A model generated the notes under the pieces. That model was not told the origin of the DNA. It worked only from the letters and a program-made list of their open reading frames with translations, and made no database searches. A DNA stretch of 64,000 bases from Callorhinchus milii (lineage: Eukaryota), in the NCBI RefSeq assembly GCF_018977255.1, contig NW_024704742.1:96970001-97034000 (forward strand), written 5' to 3'. Positions 24,313-38,281 of this stretch are shown piece after piece. Every line of letters starts with the position of its first letter. The first letter of the stretch is position 1. The position numbers and the translations under genes are program-made.

Positions 24313-27049
24313 CATCCACTGAGATTCATTGAAGGGAGTAATTTTACCAAAAATTAAACTCATGAATTGTAAAACATTTTTGGAGCAAGTAGGAGAGTAG
24401 GATTCAATTGGTTAATATGGAGAAAAGCACCAGGGCAGAGTGGATGGGCTGAATTGCTGTTTCTGGCATAACATTCTTTGATTCTATGACCTATGTTCCT
24501 TTTTTAAAAAAAATCAAAATATTTGTGAATGAACACACCGTTAATGTTCCATTCATTTCTGTTTTGGATATTTTAACTTCAATTGTCGGCACCGATTCCC
24601 CTGAGATAATCAGCGTGAATGAGTTATCATGTCTGTGGTTTACAGAGTTCATTTGCTATCAATAGAGTTAATCATTAACCTAAGGGTGCAGTGTTAACTC
24701 TATATTAATTCAGACTGAATAACTTTTCCAAGGGCCAATAATATCCTCCTTCCCAATTTAAGCAAAAATGCTCAACAATCCCTGCAGTTGGTCAGAATTC
24801 TTCAATGGATTATTAAAATGAGCCCTGGTGATGAGATGCTCTTTAAAAGAGTCACAATTGCATTTGTTCATTGTCTCACACAAGAATGGGGTCATTTTAG
24901 TGAACCATCCTATACTCCCTTATTCTCCACCTCCCAATTCCATTCTCAATGACAAAGGCAGGCCCTTGGCACTGGATTTCAACCTGGCTGAGCGTGAGCT
25001 TCTGCTAGTTAACAGGATATCGTGCTTTAGTAAATAAACCACATATTTGAAGAGCTGACCTGTTCACCGTTGGGAACAACTTGATTCACATGAAATAGTG
25101 TCGCGAAGTGCTTAATAGTGGCAGTGTCGAGGGGACGTCCATAACAAGTACATCCAAATGCATTCAATTCTCTAGATATCAAGCACCAAATTGACCCATT
25201 GAATTTAAAATTCCTTAAAATATTCACACATTTTTAGAAGTTTTTTAAAATTACAATCAGTGCATAAGTCAGCTCCTAAAGCAACAACAAATAAAATCAC
25301 ATTCCATTATATTTTTGTCATTAGGATACTAATGACTTGTGGAAAGAACCTGAAATCAATTTGTATTTTACCGCACAACAGAATAGTTAGCCACAACTTG
25401 GCACCGAATTTTGAATGACTCGTGTTTCAATAGGAGAGTTTACACTGCTACACTTCTTTTGCTGGGGTTAAGTCACATTGGAAGCAGAGTTGAGAGAATT
25501 TTGCTCTGCATCAAAGTGTCCTGTGTTTCAACAGGAAATTTGCTGGCAGCCCAAAGTAAGTGAAAATATGTTCATTTTCCACGCAAACAACTTCACTTCA
25601 GAAATCACTGAAAAAAATATTAATTTAATAGTGTCGCAAGAGTGTGTCTCAGGCTGGAAGATGTAATCAAATACAAAAGATCATTGACATAGTTGCACTA
25701 ATGTGCTTCACTGAAGAGGAATAAAGACAAAATTCTGCTAAATTATTCCTCACGTGTGAGCAATGAGGCAGTGAAGTTTATTAATTTAAAATCAAGTCTC
25801 TTGTCTCACACACTCTTCCTTCTCTTCACTGTACTGAAATCAAACCTCATCACACTGTTTCAACTTCTAGACTGATTTACTTTTCCCAGGATCTGAAGAC
25901 TGGAACTCCTAGTCTCCCCATGCCTTCCATTCCTCATATAATTTATAGACTTTGAAAACCCAAGCTTGTCGTCCTCTAACTATTTCATTTTGACTTATGG
26001 AATTTTGTTGCGTTGCTGCTCTTTTCAGGCTTGGTGATGTATTGCACTATTCCACTTGACCCTTCAGCTCCTGAATTTAAATAAAGGGAAAGTTAATTTA
26101 GACTGTGCATGCCATAAATATAAAGGGAAAATTCATTACATTTGATCTTTCTAAGTCCGCTAAAGTGGGAACTCTGCTGTTCAGAGGGGAGTGATACAAT
26201 GGGAGGGGGATTTCCTTAAAGCCGATAAGGAACACTTTAGACAAGCACCCAGCAATGTGGGTGCTTAACTGCTTAATTAAGTTCAAAGGGTTGGCTTAAT
26301 CAGAATTTAGAAGGACATAATAGTGACTATCCTTGCCTATATGACTGCTGCTCAAACTAAGAATTTAGAAGCAAACTGACATACATGCATTTTGTCCCAG
26401 TTTAAGGCAAATAACTAGTTCAGTGCTCATCAGTCAGTGTTTGAACTCAGAGTCATAATTCAAAATGGTCCAATTTGGATTCTTCTTAAAAATATAAAAA
26501 ATTGTAAAAATGTAAAAATATATGTATTAACAATTATATAAAAAAAGGCATTAATTTGACATAGCTATACTCGTAGTTGAATTCCATATTTTAAATTCAT
26601 GGCTGTCTGCAATCTCTACTCAGAAGGAACTGGAGGGGATTGGTACATGGCTTGATTTTTCACCTCAGATCTGGGCTAATAAAAGTCGTTGTTTTAACAG
26701 AGATGAGATAATCCAGTTACAGCCCAGTTCCCATAGTATATTTACATAATACAATAATTCATAGTTTGGCACATATTAATACAGTGAGTGTAGATGGAGG
26801 GTTTCAATATTCAGACACCACTGATTAACCAGTCATCTTCCACGTGCTGAGTAAAGGCTTCCATTTTTCTGAGGAATCACAGCAACTGGATGATTGGAGT
26901 CCTTACACATGAGTCACTCCCAACTGTTTCTAAAGCACTCCGTGAAATTTGCTTCACTCCATATTGACTTGGGTACTACTTTAACATTCTATTAGATCCA
27001 ATAATTGTGAGTGAGTAACATTGGCCAGAAAGCCCATTTACTTAGGGCA

Positions 27050-28302
27050 AGTGGAGCAGGTTTCAATAGGAGAGCATCTGGACAACAGTGATCACAACAT
27101 CATTAGGTTTAGAATACTTATGGAAAGGGACAAGGAACAATCAAAGGGGATCATACTCAACTGAAAGAGGACTAATTTCAGTGAGTTAAAAAGGGACCTA
27201 GCCAAGGTGGACTGGAAAGAAAGATTGGCAGGTAAAACAGCTAACAATCAATGGGAAGCCTTCAAGAAGGAGATAGTTCAGGGACAGAACAAATACATTC
27301 CCACAAAGGAAAAAGGTAGGGCATCCAAACCTCCCTGGATGAATAAGGAAATTGGGATTAAAATAAAACAGTAAAAGGAGGCTCATGATAAATGTCAGGT
27401 CCACAATACAGAAGATAATCAAATAGAATATAGAAAGTAGAGAGGAGAACTGGAAAAGGAAATAAGAGGGGCAAAGAGATTGTATGAGAAAAGATTAGCG
27501 GGTAACATAAAAGGGAACCCTAAAGTATCTTATAGGCATATACAGAATAAATGTTTAGTCAAAAGTAGTGTGGGCCTAATTAGGGACCAAAGAGGAAATA
27601 TTCTTGTGGAAGCAGAGGGCACGGCTGATGTACTGAATGAGTACTTTGAATCTGTCTTCACAAAAGAAGAGGGTGCAGCCAATGCCACAGTATCGGAGGA
27701 GCGGGTAGAGAAATTGGATAAGAATAAACTGAGAGGAGATATTAAAAAGGTTGACGGTGCTCAAGGTAGATAAGTCGCCCTGTCCGGATGGGATGCGTCC
27801 TAAGTTACTGAGGGAAGTAAGGGTGGAAATAACGGAGGCTCTGGCCACAATCTTTCAATCCTCTTTGGACACCAATGTGGTGCCAGAGGATTAGAGGATT
27901 TCAAATGTTACTCCTCTGTACAAAAAGGGACAGAAGCATAAACCCGGGAACTACAGGACAGTCAGCCTAACGTCAGTAGTGGGGAAACCTCTAGAGACTA
28001 TAATCCAGGATAAAGTAAATTTTCACTTAGAAAATATGGGTTAATAAAGGACAGCCAATACGGTTTTGTAAAAGGCAAATCGTGTCTAACAAACCTAATA
28101 AGAGTTTTTTGATGAAGTAACGGAGGGGGTGGATGAAGGTAGTGCAGTTAATGTAGTTTATATGGATTTTCAAAAGGCATTTGATAAAGTGCCACATAAG
28201 AGACTTGTAATCAAAATAGAATCCCGTGATATTAAAGGGTCAGTGGCAGCATGATGGGCCGAATGGCCTCCTTCTGTGCTGTATAATTCTATGATTCTAT
28301 GA
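27050..28302 (+). mobile_element. CR1-clade LINE ORF2 fragment (endonuclease end to RT) fused to its 3' tail
   Basis: SDHNII.F at ~27088, KGNPK..Y, KSP.PDG..P, YMDFQKAFDKVPH at 28159-28197, then gatgggccgaatggcctcc...(attctatg)2. Contains stops and frameshifts. Confidence 0.93.
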
Positions 28303-31300
28303 TATTGATAGTCGTTCTCTAGTTCACATTTCTTCTGTTGAAATAAAACATTATCCATTAATAATCCCTGATGCATTAATTAAATTGTACAGAGCACTAG
28401 CCTTTTACAAAGATAGAACAAATGAGCCACATCAATCCAGGAATTTGTTCATTTCCTTTGAGACCAGGGTCTCAGTTAGATCCTGACCGAGGTTGGCAAA
28501 TTGAGCAATGTATTGGATCTACCCCTGATCATTCTACACATTTGTTCAATGAATATCTCAGTCGTACAGTTGGAAAAAATTTAATCTTGTTTGTGTTGCT
28601 AGTTGATCCAAGCTGTGACAGCAAAACAACTTGCATTTATATAGTGCCCTTCACATGGAGCAGCATCTCGGAGCGCTTAACAGTCGCTGAGCTGGACGCA
28701 CCAGGACTTTGATAGTTGGCCTTGAAGCCTTAGTTGAATGTCTTCAGTGGAAGAAAGAAAAAGAGAGAAATATAATAGACTGTGAAGCTCCTGGTGAGGT
28801 GGGATAAGCCAAAATACATACCATAGCTTTTTTGACCTAAAATACAGAAATACAGAATTCCTCTCAGGGTCAATTGCAAGACCGTGATCTGGAGTGGTAT
28901 TTACCCTGTCTTTATTGATGACAATACTTGGTGCTGCTGTTCTCTTACGTTATCCTATAAATGTAGTTTATCAAGCTCACACTGAGAATTGTTATACATT
29001 GCTATACTTCTATTTGTTTGAGGAAGCATGTTAGATGACTTATGTGGATCTGATCTTCCTCATTCTTTAAAAAAAGTTTTAAAAAAATTATACATATAAT
29101 ATCCTGAGCCTCATTGCCTCCTATGGGCAAATAATTAAAGTTTTGCCACCGAATGAAGGTTTATATACAACAGAATAGGAAAGATCATTTGACATAGCCT
29201 GAACATCATTTTGACTTTCCCAGTCTGTAAGGCGCAGTTGCTGACAGACTAACCTGGCTGAGCCATTGGGGAATTCGCCATTCTCCATTTCTGTGGGAAG
29301 CTGAAATTCTGTCAAAGAATGAGGAAAGCCGTACCGAAAGATAAACAGTGATAATGTTTGAGACTTTTTCCAAGGTACCCACCTTTCTCTTCCGTCCCCT
29401 TCTCCCCACACACATCCAAAAACACACAACCCAAAACAAGATTTCCTGTTGATTTTTGGTAGCATGTTTTTATTTTGAGAATCATTGCCATGTCATGTTG
29501 GTTTCGACTGTCCCACTCAACTGCTCTGACGATGTGTCCTGGAGTAAATCCATTAATGTGTGTTCTCTTTCACCCCACCCCAACCCTTCCCTCAAGTCAT
29601 TGACTTTTTGCTGGGGCTCATTGCACTGGCACAGTGGCTACTTCCTTGTATCTTGCAAAGTAGCCATTCTTCATGTGCAAAACCAGACAGTGAATGTAGG
29701 TAAGTTATCTGACCATGGGGCAGAGAGAAGAAATCACAGCCAAGTACAGCCTGTTCTTACCCAACGTCCACCTAGGCATTGTTTTCCAGAAGGATCCAGT
29801 GTAAATCAATTAAGACTTTAAATCCTAACGAATATTATCCCACTTGAAATCCAGTAGCTCTTAGATAAGAAACTGTGTTGGGGAATAACAGGAGTGAGCT
29901 GCGTTGTGATGCTTTCAGGGTCACATAGCATTGTCAGCTCTCGAGTTCAGGCTCATCCATGAGATCGGATGCTTCCCTGCGGGGAACCTGTGCCTGTGGA
30001 TCCAACACAAATCAACAACTTCACAAGAGATAAAGAGAGTGGCAATATTATATGGCGATAAAGAGAGTGGAAATATAGATACAGTGCCTTATCATATCAG
30101 GATATATTGTGGAGTGGTTCGACTGTGGGTGAAACACACGAAATGTAGAAGTGTGAAATATGTCAGACATGTAAAATATTCCTGGAGTACTGATGATGAA
30201 CAATTTTTTGAATCTGGTTACAGAGAAAGTTTATCCATAGTGATGTTCCAGGCTGCCTCCCACCCCTGATTTTCCACTCTGGGTTTGATGGGGCCAATTC
30301 TGGCACACTCCTGTCAATCTTCAGGGTTTTTAAGCTCTCAATGGCTGCAAAGTTAGTCAGGCTATTTTTGTGCACGATATAACAAAACCTTGCTTCCCAC
30401 CTTCCAGAAAGAATGGTGAAAGCTGGAAGAAAGAACAAAGATAATAAACTGAATTTAAGATGTTCTGGAAATAAAATCTGTAATGGATAGATATTGGTAA
30501 AAATAAAATTCAAGTTGCAATTAAAATATGACCAGGTAAAGCAAAGAGGACAAATGGGCCAAATACAAGCAAAAAAATGTTTTATGGTATAAATTATGTC
30601 TTTATGCAGTTATGTAAATGGGTTAGAGAGGCTATTGTTTAGCCTCTCTAAAGTAATATTGATGTTTGAGTAGCTTTTTTGGTTGTAATTTCAGTGGAGA
30701 AGATTCAGCGACATCGCACATGATCTGAAAAGGTTCAGAACTGGTTGACACTCGAGGGTTACATTTTTGGTGCATGTTAAGTAATTACCTTTCAGCAGCT
30801 ATTGGATGCCTTTTAATAAATGACCATGCTGGGAGTGCCCTGTCCTCCACTTCAAACAGATCCTAGAACAGTCGATTGTCACCTCAGCAACTCAGAAATG
30901 CTTTATTTTTCACCAACATTGACAGATGACTTCCTGTCATTGTATTTAATCCTTGTTAAAAATGGGAGCAATATTAGAAATCATGTGAGGATCCAGAAGC
31001 ACTAAAATGTCACTGGGTTTCTGTGCTGTATACAGACTTAAGGTGAAGCAATGATCTTTACTTGTGATTTCACACAATAGCAAGTCTGGCTCATTTTCTG
31101 TTGTCAATATCTTGTAAATTGCAATATCGATACATCTCTTTCTAGACACAGTATTGCTTCTACTGATGACTGATGTTCATAACTGCCTGTCAGAGAGATA
31201 ACATTTATGGCAGAGAGGTGGGGTTATGTCTTACCTCTTGAGCATCGAGGAAGATGATCAGTCCCAGATGACAAGACAAATTACTGATTTGAGTGACTCA

Positions 31301-31610
31301 AGGGAGACGGGGAGAGGGGTCAGAGAAAGAACCAATTTTTTTTGTTCTAAAAATAATTTTTCAACCATTGTCTACAAATTCCGAGTTACTATTTGAAACC
31401 ATTTTACTGCCAAGTTTGCAGTTTAATGATTTACATACTCATGATGCATTTGCATAAACACTGCAAATATAGACATTCAATTCACATTGAAAAGCTACTA
31501 TTTGGAATCGAACACTAAATACAGATCTTGAAGCTCCAGGTATTCTTGCAGTCTTAGCAGTCCACTATAGGCGTGTATGAGGACTCTTTGATAGGTGTTT
31601 ACCTAACTAA

Positions 31611-31832
<222 letters not shown>

Positions 31833-34800
31833 TTCATTAACTCGACCTGGGAAAAAAGTAAAAGCAACTGTATTATCTGTGAAAATGAGTTGCGTAATGC
31901 TAATTTATTGCCATCCTGGACTCTGTGCACTCACAGGGTTTTAGTAAATATTGCGATTTTATTTAAACAATGGGACAAAAGATGCTGACATAACTTTGCA
32001 GCACTGGTCCTCTTTTTAGGCAAAATGTTGTGACTTTGTGTAAGATTTTTTCAATTTCCGTTGTAAATTCCATTTATGCATTCAGAAGTTAGGGGTTTAC
32101 TTTTGCTTCTCTGAGCACCCCCTACCTCTTTCCCCCACCTCCCCCCACTTCCTCCTCCTGATCCCCTCCTCCTCCTCCGTTCCCTCCCCCATTTTCACCC
32201 CCCCTCCCTCCCCAACCCCACTGAAAATGTTTGAGGTACAACAGCCTTTATTTTGTGATCTGTTCCTCTTGACACTCTGGTACAAAGTTAATATAGTAAG
32301 AAATTTGTTTTGGTTGAAACCAAGCCATCAGTTATATAATTTATGTACTACTATTTTCTGATGGATGAGAAGTATTGATCCTGTGATTTTTAAATTATTG
32401 TTATATATAATTTAAACATCAAGTTTGGTACTACGCTACCTGTCCTCATCTTGGGCTATGAAGTTGGGAACTTATTAAGCAATAGTTGATTGCCATCATG
32501 ACTCATCTTTGGAAGTTGCCATACTTGGATTCCCCAAAACACGGATGGATAGATGTACGACAGAGTACAATATTGAGAGAATGTTATGTATTTGTAAAAT
32601 AGTATATAGGGTTTCATTTCTATTTATTATGTGCCACTATTACTATTGCTAGACTTGTTTTATTAAAAAAAATGCCAAACATAATGTCATGTACACTACA
32701 TTTGCAGATTCTTGCAATCTGAGCGTTACATTTCTTCTCTCCCTTTAGAAGTGTGGCTGGAGACATCATTGACATGCTTACTTTGCTCCAGCATAATTGT
32801 TCAATGTCACTTTAGACTTTTTTTTATTGAGTGCAATTTTAATACTGCCACCCGTGTGGCGTTTTTCCTGCTAGCTTCAACATTTCATTTAAATGAATAT
32901 TATTTTGTTAAAAATGCCTGAAGTATGTGGATTGTATCACAGGGATAGGCATGACCAGAATATTGATGGATTGTAAGCCTCAGCTCATAGGGTTCTTCTA
33001 AAAGCTATTTTGATGGACATATGCCAAAATAAATGTGAGAAGAAAACAATATATATTTGGTGCTCTTCACAATGTTTAGTATTTGTGATTAGTTGTATAC
33101 CATTCTTTATCATCACTTAGTGTCTGTGTCCAACTTTGTATCAATTTTTTTTAAACACACCCATGTTACATGGTACAATATTCATGTTTTTACTCTTATT
33201 AAAGAAACTTTATTTGTTTGGTTATATTCTCGTGAAATTCATACCAAAATAGTTTTATTCATAACTCACTCTGGAAAGTTACCCTGTATAATTGATTTTG
33301 TCCTACTGTAGGCATGTGTTGCTAACTCCGGATTTCTGAAGGAGTTTGTTTTAGAAAATAAAGTTTTCTTGTGAAGAAAGTTATTTGAATGGCTGCCAGA
33401 GAATCCCTTGAGCTCCTTAGTTTTTAGATTTCTGACCTATGAACTGATAGCAAAGAAATTACGAGTAGGACCAAGGTCAACCAGCTGGATGAGACGATCC
33501 ATTCTGTCCACCAGCAAAGCGTTGGATATCTCTGTACATGATATTCTGCTTGAGAAAAGCAGTTGGGACCCCTTTGGTTGTGGAGTACCAAAGTTAATGA
33601 GTTATGATTGCTTACCTTAATTCCTACCCCTCCACCTAACATGCATTTGTACCCTCACAGACAAAAATCCTGTAATTTGTAAAACCTGGTTGTAGGTATA
33701 GTGAATTATGAATGCTATAATCATTGTATATACATCTCTCTCTCTCTTTATATACATACATGCATACATATATATATGGCAGTATCCATATTGGCTTTGT
33801 GATAATTAATTTTGGCAGATTGAATGTGCTGTATTGATAATATGTATCTATGTAATTGTAATGTATGTCTTACAGCTAATTAACTTTGAATAATGTTAGT
33901 TACTTTTTTAAGAGAAGAGAATGTAAATTTTTGCCAGTTTATTTCTCAGCTGGGGATCTAAAAAAAATAATTTGGGAAGGAAAGATAATAATTCGTACAG
34001 AATGGTATTCTGGTTAATATATACATTGCTACATGTGTTTCTGATCATAGAATTCCTCTCAATAAATCCTAAATTCTCCTTCCACCCATCTTTCCCTCCG
34101 AGATACTTTTTATACAGAGTTAATTAAAGATTGGGCTCACGGAACAGACCAGACACTGGCTTCTGCATTACTTCACAGGACTGATGCACGTTGTGAAAAA
34201 TGCATCATCCAGGGGGGAATTCTATGTGATTCGCCCTCAAAATGAAGCCAATCCTTAAATTCATTGGTGATGTGAGGATGCAGTATACCGATTGCCTGTA
34301 TTATATCTGTAGTGTTTCTGAAATGATTGGTTACAGTTTATCTATAGAATGTATGAATTACCAGTAAATACATCTGAAATTTTGTGTTTTCATGCCTTAT
34401 AGAAGTAGAGTCAAGAACCTTGTGCCTCAAAACCCCAAGCCTGAGACAATGGACGACTTCTTGACTTTGCTGAAATATATGTGCTGTGTTGGATGTTACA
34501 ATTTGAAATTTTAGATGTCAGCTTTTACACTACCGGTAACACACCGGAGGGACCAATGCAGTGTCATTAATTCCTTTGAAAGGATAAACGACCTTATTTA
34601 TATTGTCAATATGGAGTAGCTACTTACCATGTGCCCATTCAAATCACTGACCGTAAACAAATAAATGAAGTTAGGCTTGATGCAAGATGCTGTATGTAAA
34701 ATCGTGAGGATGGCCAGCTGCTTGGTCTATTATTGTAACATCTTAACTTTTCTATATGAATGAGGTGTACATACACAGTATGTTAACTTGGCCTACCAAA

Positions 34801-35410
34801 GACCTGCCTTCATTTATTTTATTTCACTGCTCTGTCCATTGGTCTTTCTGGGATTTCAGCATGTTGGCACTGCCAGATAAAAAAACGCGAGCAAATAGTA
34901 TTTAAGTAGTTTAATTGAAAATCATGAACTGTATCATGGTGCCAGGTCCAATTCTGCCTGTATGATCTTAGACTTGATTAAGATCCAATCGTGCAGGAAA
35001 GTGAAAACCCAGAGCGTGCCATAGTCACTTTCCTGCAGCCCCAGTTTCTTTTTAAGTGCCAATGTGGTGGAACCTCTGGTAGGACTTGTATATTTAATTC
35101 CTTGTTGGATAATTTTAACATGCAGTATTTAAGAATCATATTTGCTGTTTTTTAAATTGTCACTAAAATGCATGTATTGTCATATTATTTGGGGAAGGGA
35201 AATAGTTTCTTTTTTGAAGAAAACTAACATTGTATATTAATGCCCCAAATGATCTTGCTGGTTACAAATATAGTATTTTTTGGCCATAATTTTGTACTGG
35301 TTTCATTTGATGTCTCCTGCTTCATTCTTGCAAAAAGAAAAACTATTTGGTTGTAAATTTCTTCTAAACTGCTTTTCATGATACTGTACTTGGAATAAAT
35401 TTTTATTCCA
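31833..35410 (+). other. GNAQ: GNAQ 3'UTR (predicted extent)
   Basis: AU-rich stretch with no recognisable SINE or LINE, following the stop codon. Ends at AATAAA (35394-35399); an L2 insertion begins at ~35488. Confidence 0.7.
35394..35399 (+). terminator. Probable distal polyadenylation signal of GNAQ
   Basis: AATAAA with TGTA just upstream, CA about 10 nt downstream, then GT/T-rich ctgtgtttt. Confidence 0.6.
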
Positions 35411-35487
35411 CTGTGTTTTAGTCCATCGTCTTCACTAAACGTCTTGTCAATTTATTACTTAGATGAGGATTTGTTTTTCAAGGGAGG

Positions 35488-36535
35488 CAACAACAACTTG
35501 CCTTTATACAGCACCCTCCACACGTGGCAGCTTACTGGAGCGCATGACAGTGGTGGAGTCTTGACACCAAGCCAGGGGGAGAGGGAGGGGAGAGATGACT
35601 GTAAGCAGGATCAAAAAGGAAGGTCTGTAGCTAGGATTTGATACTGGAGAGTGAGGGGGCAAGGCGGAGGGATTGAGGGGGAGAGTTCCAGAGTTTCAGA
35701 GCGTAGTGGCTGAAAGCACAGCCCCGGATGGTGGATCAGAGGAGACGAGAGACAAACAGGAGGCCGGAGCCAGCCTGGCGGAAGCAGTGGGTGGTGGAGT
35801 ACGAGTCTAAGTGATTTGAATATGTAGGGAGATGCGAGGGTATGAAGAGATTTGAAAACAAAAGGATCTTGAAATCAATCTGTTCGGTAATTGGGAGCCA
35901 CTGGAGCCTGACAAGGACTGGTGCGGGTGAGTATCCGGGTGGCAAGTTTTGAATTAGTTGAATTTTGTGCATGGTGGTACTGGGAGTCCAGTGAGGAGGG
36001 CATTGGAATAGTCCAGCCGGGATGTGAAGGTGTGGACGAGGGTTTTGGCTGCTTTGGTTGTAATGTACGGATAGAGTGAAGATGTTGACGGGAGCTAGAG
36101 TATGGCTTCTGTCTTGCCAACATTCAGCTGCAGAAAATTTGCACTCATCCTGGCGTTGATATCCATCAAACAAGCTGACCAGACATCAGGAAGTTGCAGC
36201 TGGAGGAGAAGTAGATTTGGGTGTCTTCCGCATGCATGTGGAAGCTGACCCCATGTCTACGGATGACATCGCTGAGAGGGAGCATGTAGATAAAAAGAAG
36301 GGAGCCAAGGATGGAGCCTTGGGGTAACCCGCAGGTGACTGGTTGAGGGCGGGAGAAAAAAACATTTGACAAGATGTATTGTTGGGAGTTGGTTAAGTAG
36401 GACTCGAACCATGTGAGTGCGGTCCAATAAGGTGGATGAGAAGTAGAGTCGATGGAGATGGATGGCCTAATTGACTGTGGAGAAAGCGGCAGAGAGGTCC
36501 AGGAGAACGAGGAGGCAGAGGGAGCCCTGGTCACA
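35488..36535 (-). mobile_element. L2-clade LINE fragment, diverged
   Basis: Minus-strand ORF has WFESYLTN..GLPQGSILGSLLF.IYMLPL..HMHAEDTQIY (decayed YADD); (caa)n tail at 35488. Confidence 0.9.
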
Positions 36536-36634
36536 GAGAGAGAAGTAGATTTCGCATACTTTGGTGGGTGGTGGGGGGAGGCAGTATTCTCTACTGGAAT
36601 ATTTCTAGGTTAAGCAATACTAATTCAATATGGA

Positions 36635-36960
36635 CACATTTATATTGTGCATTTCACGGGAGAACATCCTAAAAGTTTAACAGTAATGGCCTGGCATCTG
36701 AGGGCATGTGGGGTGGTGGTGGGGGGGGGGGGGGGGGGGAGAATGGTGAGGAAGAGTAAAAGTAAGCAGTAGGTCTTGTGATGGACCTTCAACAAGGTGA
36801 TGAGGGAGGGAGGAGGGAGGGAGTCAGATAGACTCCGGAAAGGAGTTCCAGAGAGTGGGGGCACAAAGGAGGAAGATCCACCTGCTAATGGTGGGCCAGG
36901 CAGGGTAAGCAACATGAAGCAGGCCAGTATTCGCTGAGTGAAGGGAGCAGCTGAGTCGGT
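36635..36960 (-). mobile_element. L2-clade LINE 3' fragment containing a G19 run (36721-36739)
   Basis: Reverse complement of the L2 3' region and tail. Confidence 0.7.
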
Positions 36961-38060
36961 AGGCTAATGAAGTACTATAAAATTCATTTATACCTTGGTT
37001 ATTTTCTGTAGTTCCACATGCTCATTCCTAGATTTTAATTAAGTTAAATTGTACTAGTATGGAACCACTCTGGGTCCATTCCAGTTCAGTTGACAATTTT
37101 TGAATTTTCATCACAGAAAGAGGCTATTCAATCTATTGAGTTTGCGCTACTTGCACCTTTTTTTTAACGTTGTCTTGATTGATCTTGGTCCCCAGGGTTT
37201 CACCTTATCCCTTAATACTGTCATTACTCATGCTTTTCCACAGCCCTGATTATATTGATCCAACCTCAGTACTCACTTGAGGTAATGAATTTCACATTCC
37301 AGCAATCCTTACCCTTTCCCCTGATTTTTCTCAATTTTGGCATTCTCCCTTCGCGGCAGAATATGTGAAATTAAAAACTCATTGCAACAGCAATACAAGA
37401 TGATGTTTATTCGTTCCCCTCTGACACCGCTCCTTAGTACAGTGAAACATGTCTCTACGTCAAGCTGTTTGTGATGCTATTGAGAAGAAGGTTATTTCAC
37501 CCTTGCCTTCCTCGCTCATTACTTTATTGTGTTCACACAATGATTTGGGATGCAAATAGCCCAACTGTCAAAATTAATACAATCAAGTCCAGGAGCAGAT
37601 AATATTCAAAGAGCAAAGGAGAATACTGTAGTGAGTATGGGCTCAGGTAACTACGGTAATGTAAACGGTATAATTGGCCATTATGAAAGTAACTGAAGCT
37701 ACAGTAAGGGGGAAAAAAAAACGTATTTATATGAAGGAAATGGTAAGGTCTCCCTTTCAGACAGTGAATTTTGGGCTTGAGTTCATCCTAATGGAATCCT
37801 GATTGCTCACGTAGTTTGGCTGGTAAGTAGCAGAACCCAGTTGCTCTTATCTGGGTTTATTTAGCTACTGGTGGTATGTTAGAATTTGCTTCTGTTTGCT
37901 TTTGCAGGGAGTAAAAAGAAATATAAATCAGTCAGGATCATCCTTCTGATTAAATGTTGTTGACCTCTGCTAAAAGTTCATGGGGGTGGGGAGAGAAACA
38001 TTTAAGGAAAAATAAGATCCAACTTGGTTGATACATCCCTCCATACCTCTGGACTCGAAC

Positions 38061-38281
38061 ATGAAGATGGACCACTTGTGTGAAATCCCGGAGGGCTACA
38101 AACAATCATTGAACCCAATCTCAACTTAATCATTGAGTTTAAAAGAGGATATTGATTACTAAAAAAAAATGAAGATGGACCACCTGTGTGAAGTCCCAAA
38201 GGGCTATAAACAATCATGGAACCCAATCTCAGCATAGTCACCACCTTTATAAGAGGAAAGGTTACATTGATTACTAAAAAA
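38061..38281. repeat. Tandem duplication, ~108-bp period, 2 copies
   Basis: atgaagatggaccac.tgtgtgaa.tccc..agggcta.aaacaatcat.gaacccaatctca...attgattactaaaaa starts at 38061 and again at 38169. Confidence 0.92.

Noticed and set aside
30029..30077. Direct repeat gataaagagagtgg.aatat (28-nt period) as a regulatory module
   Set aside because: Only two copies with no other support; likely a small duplication.
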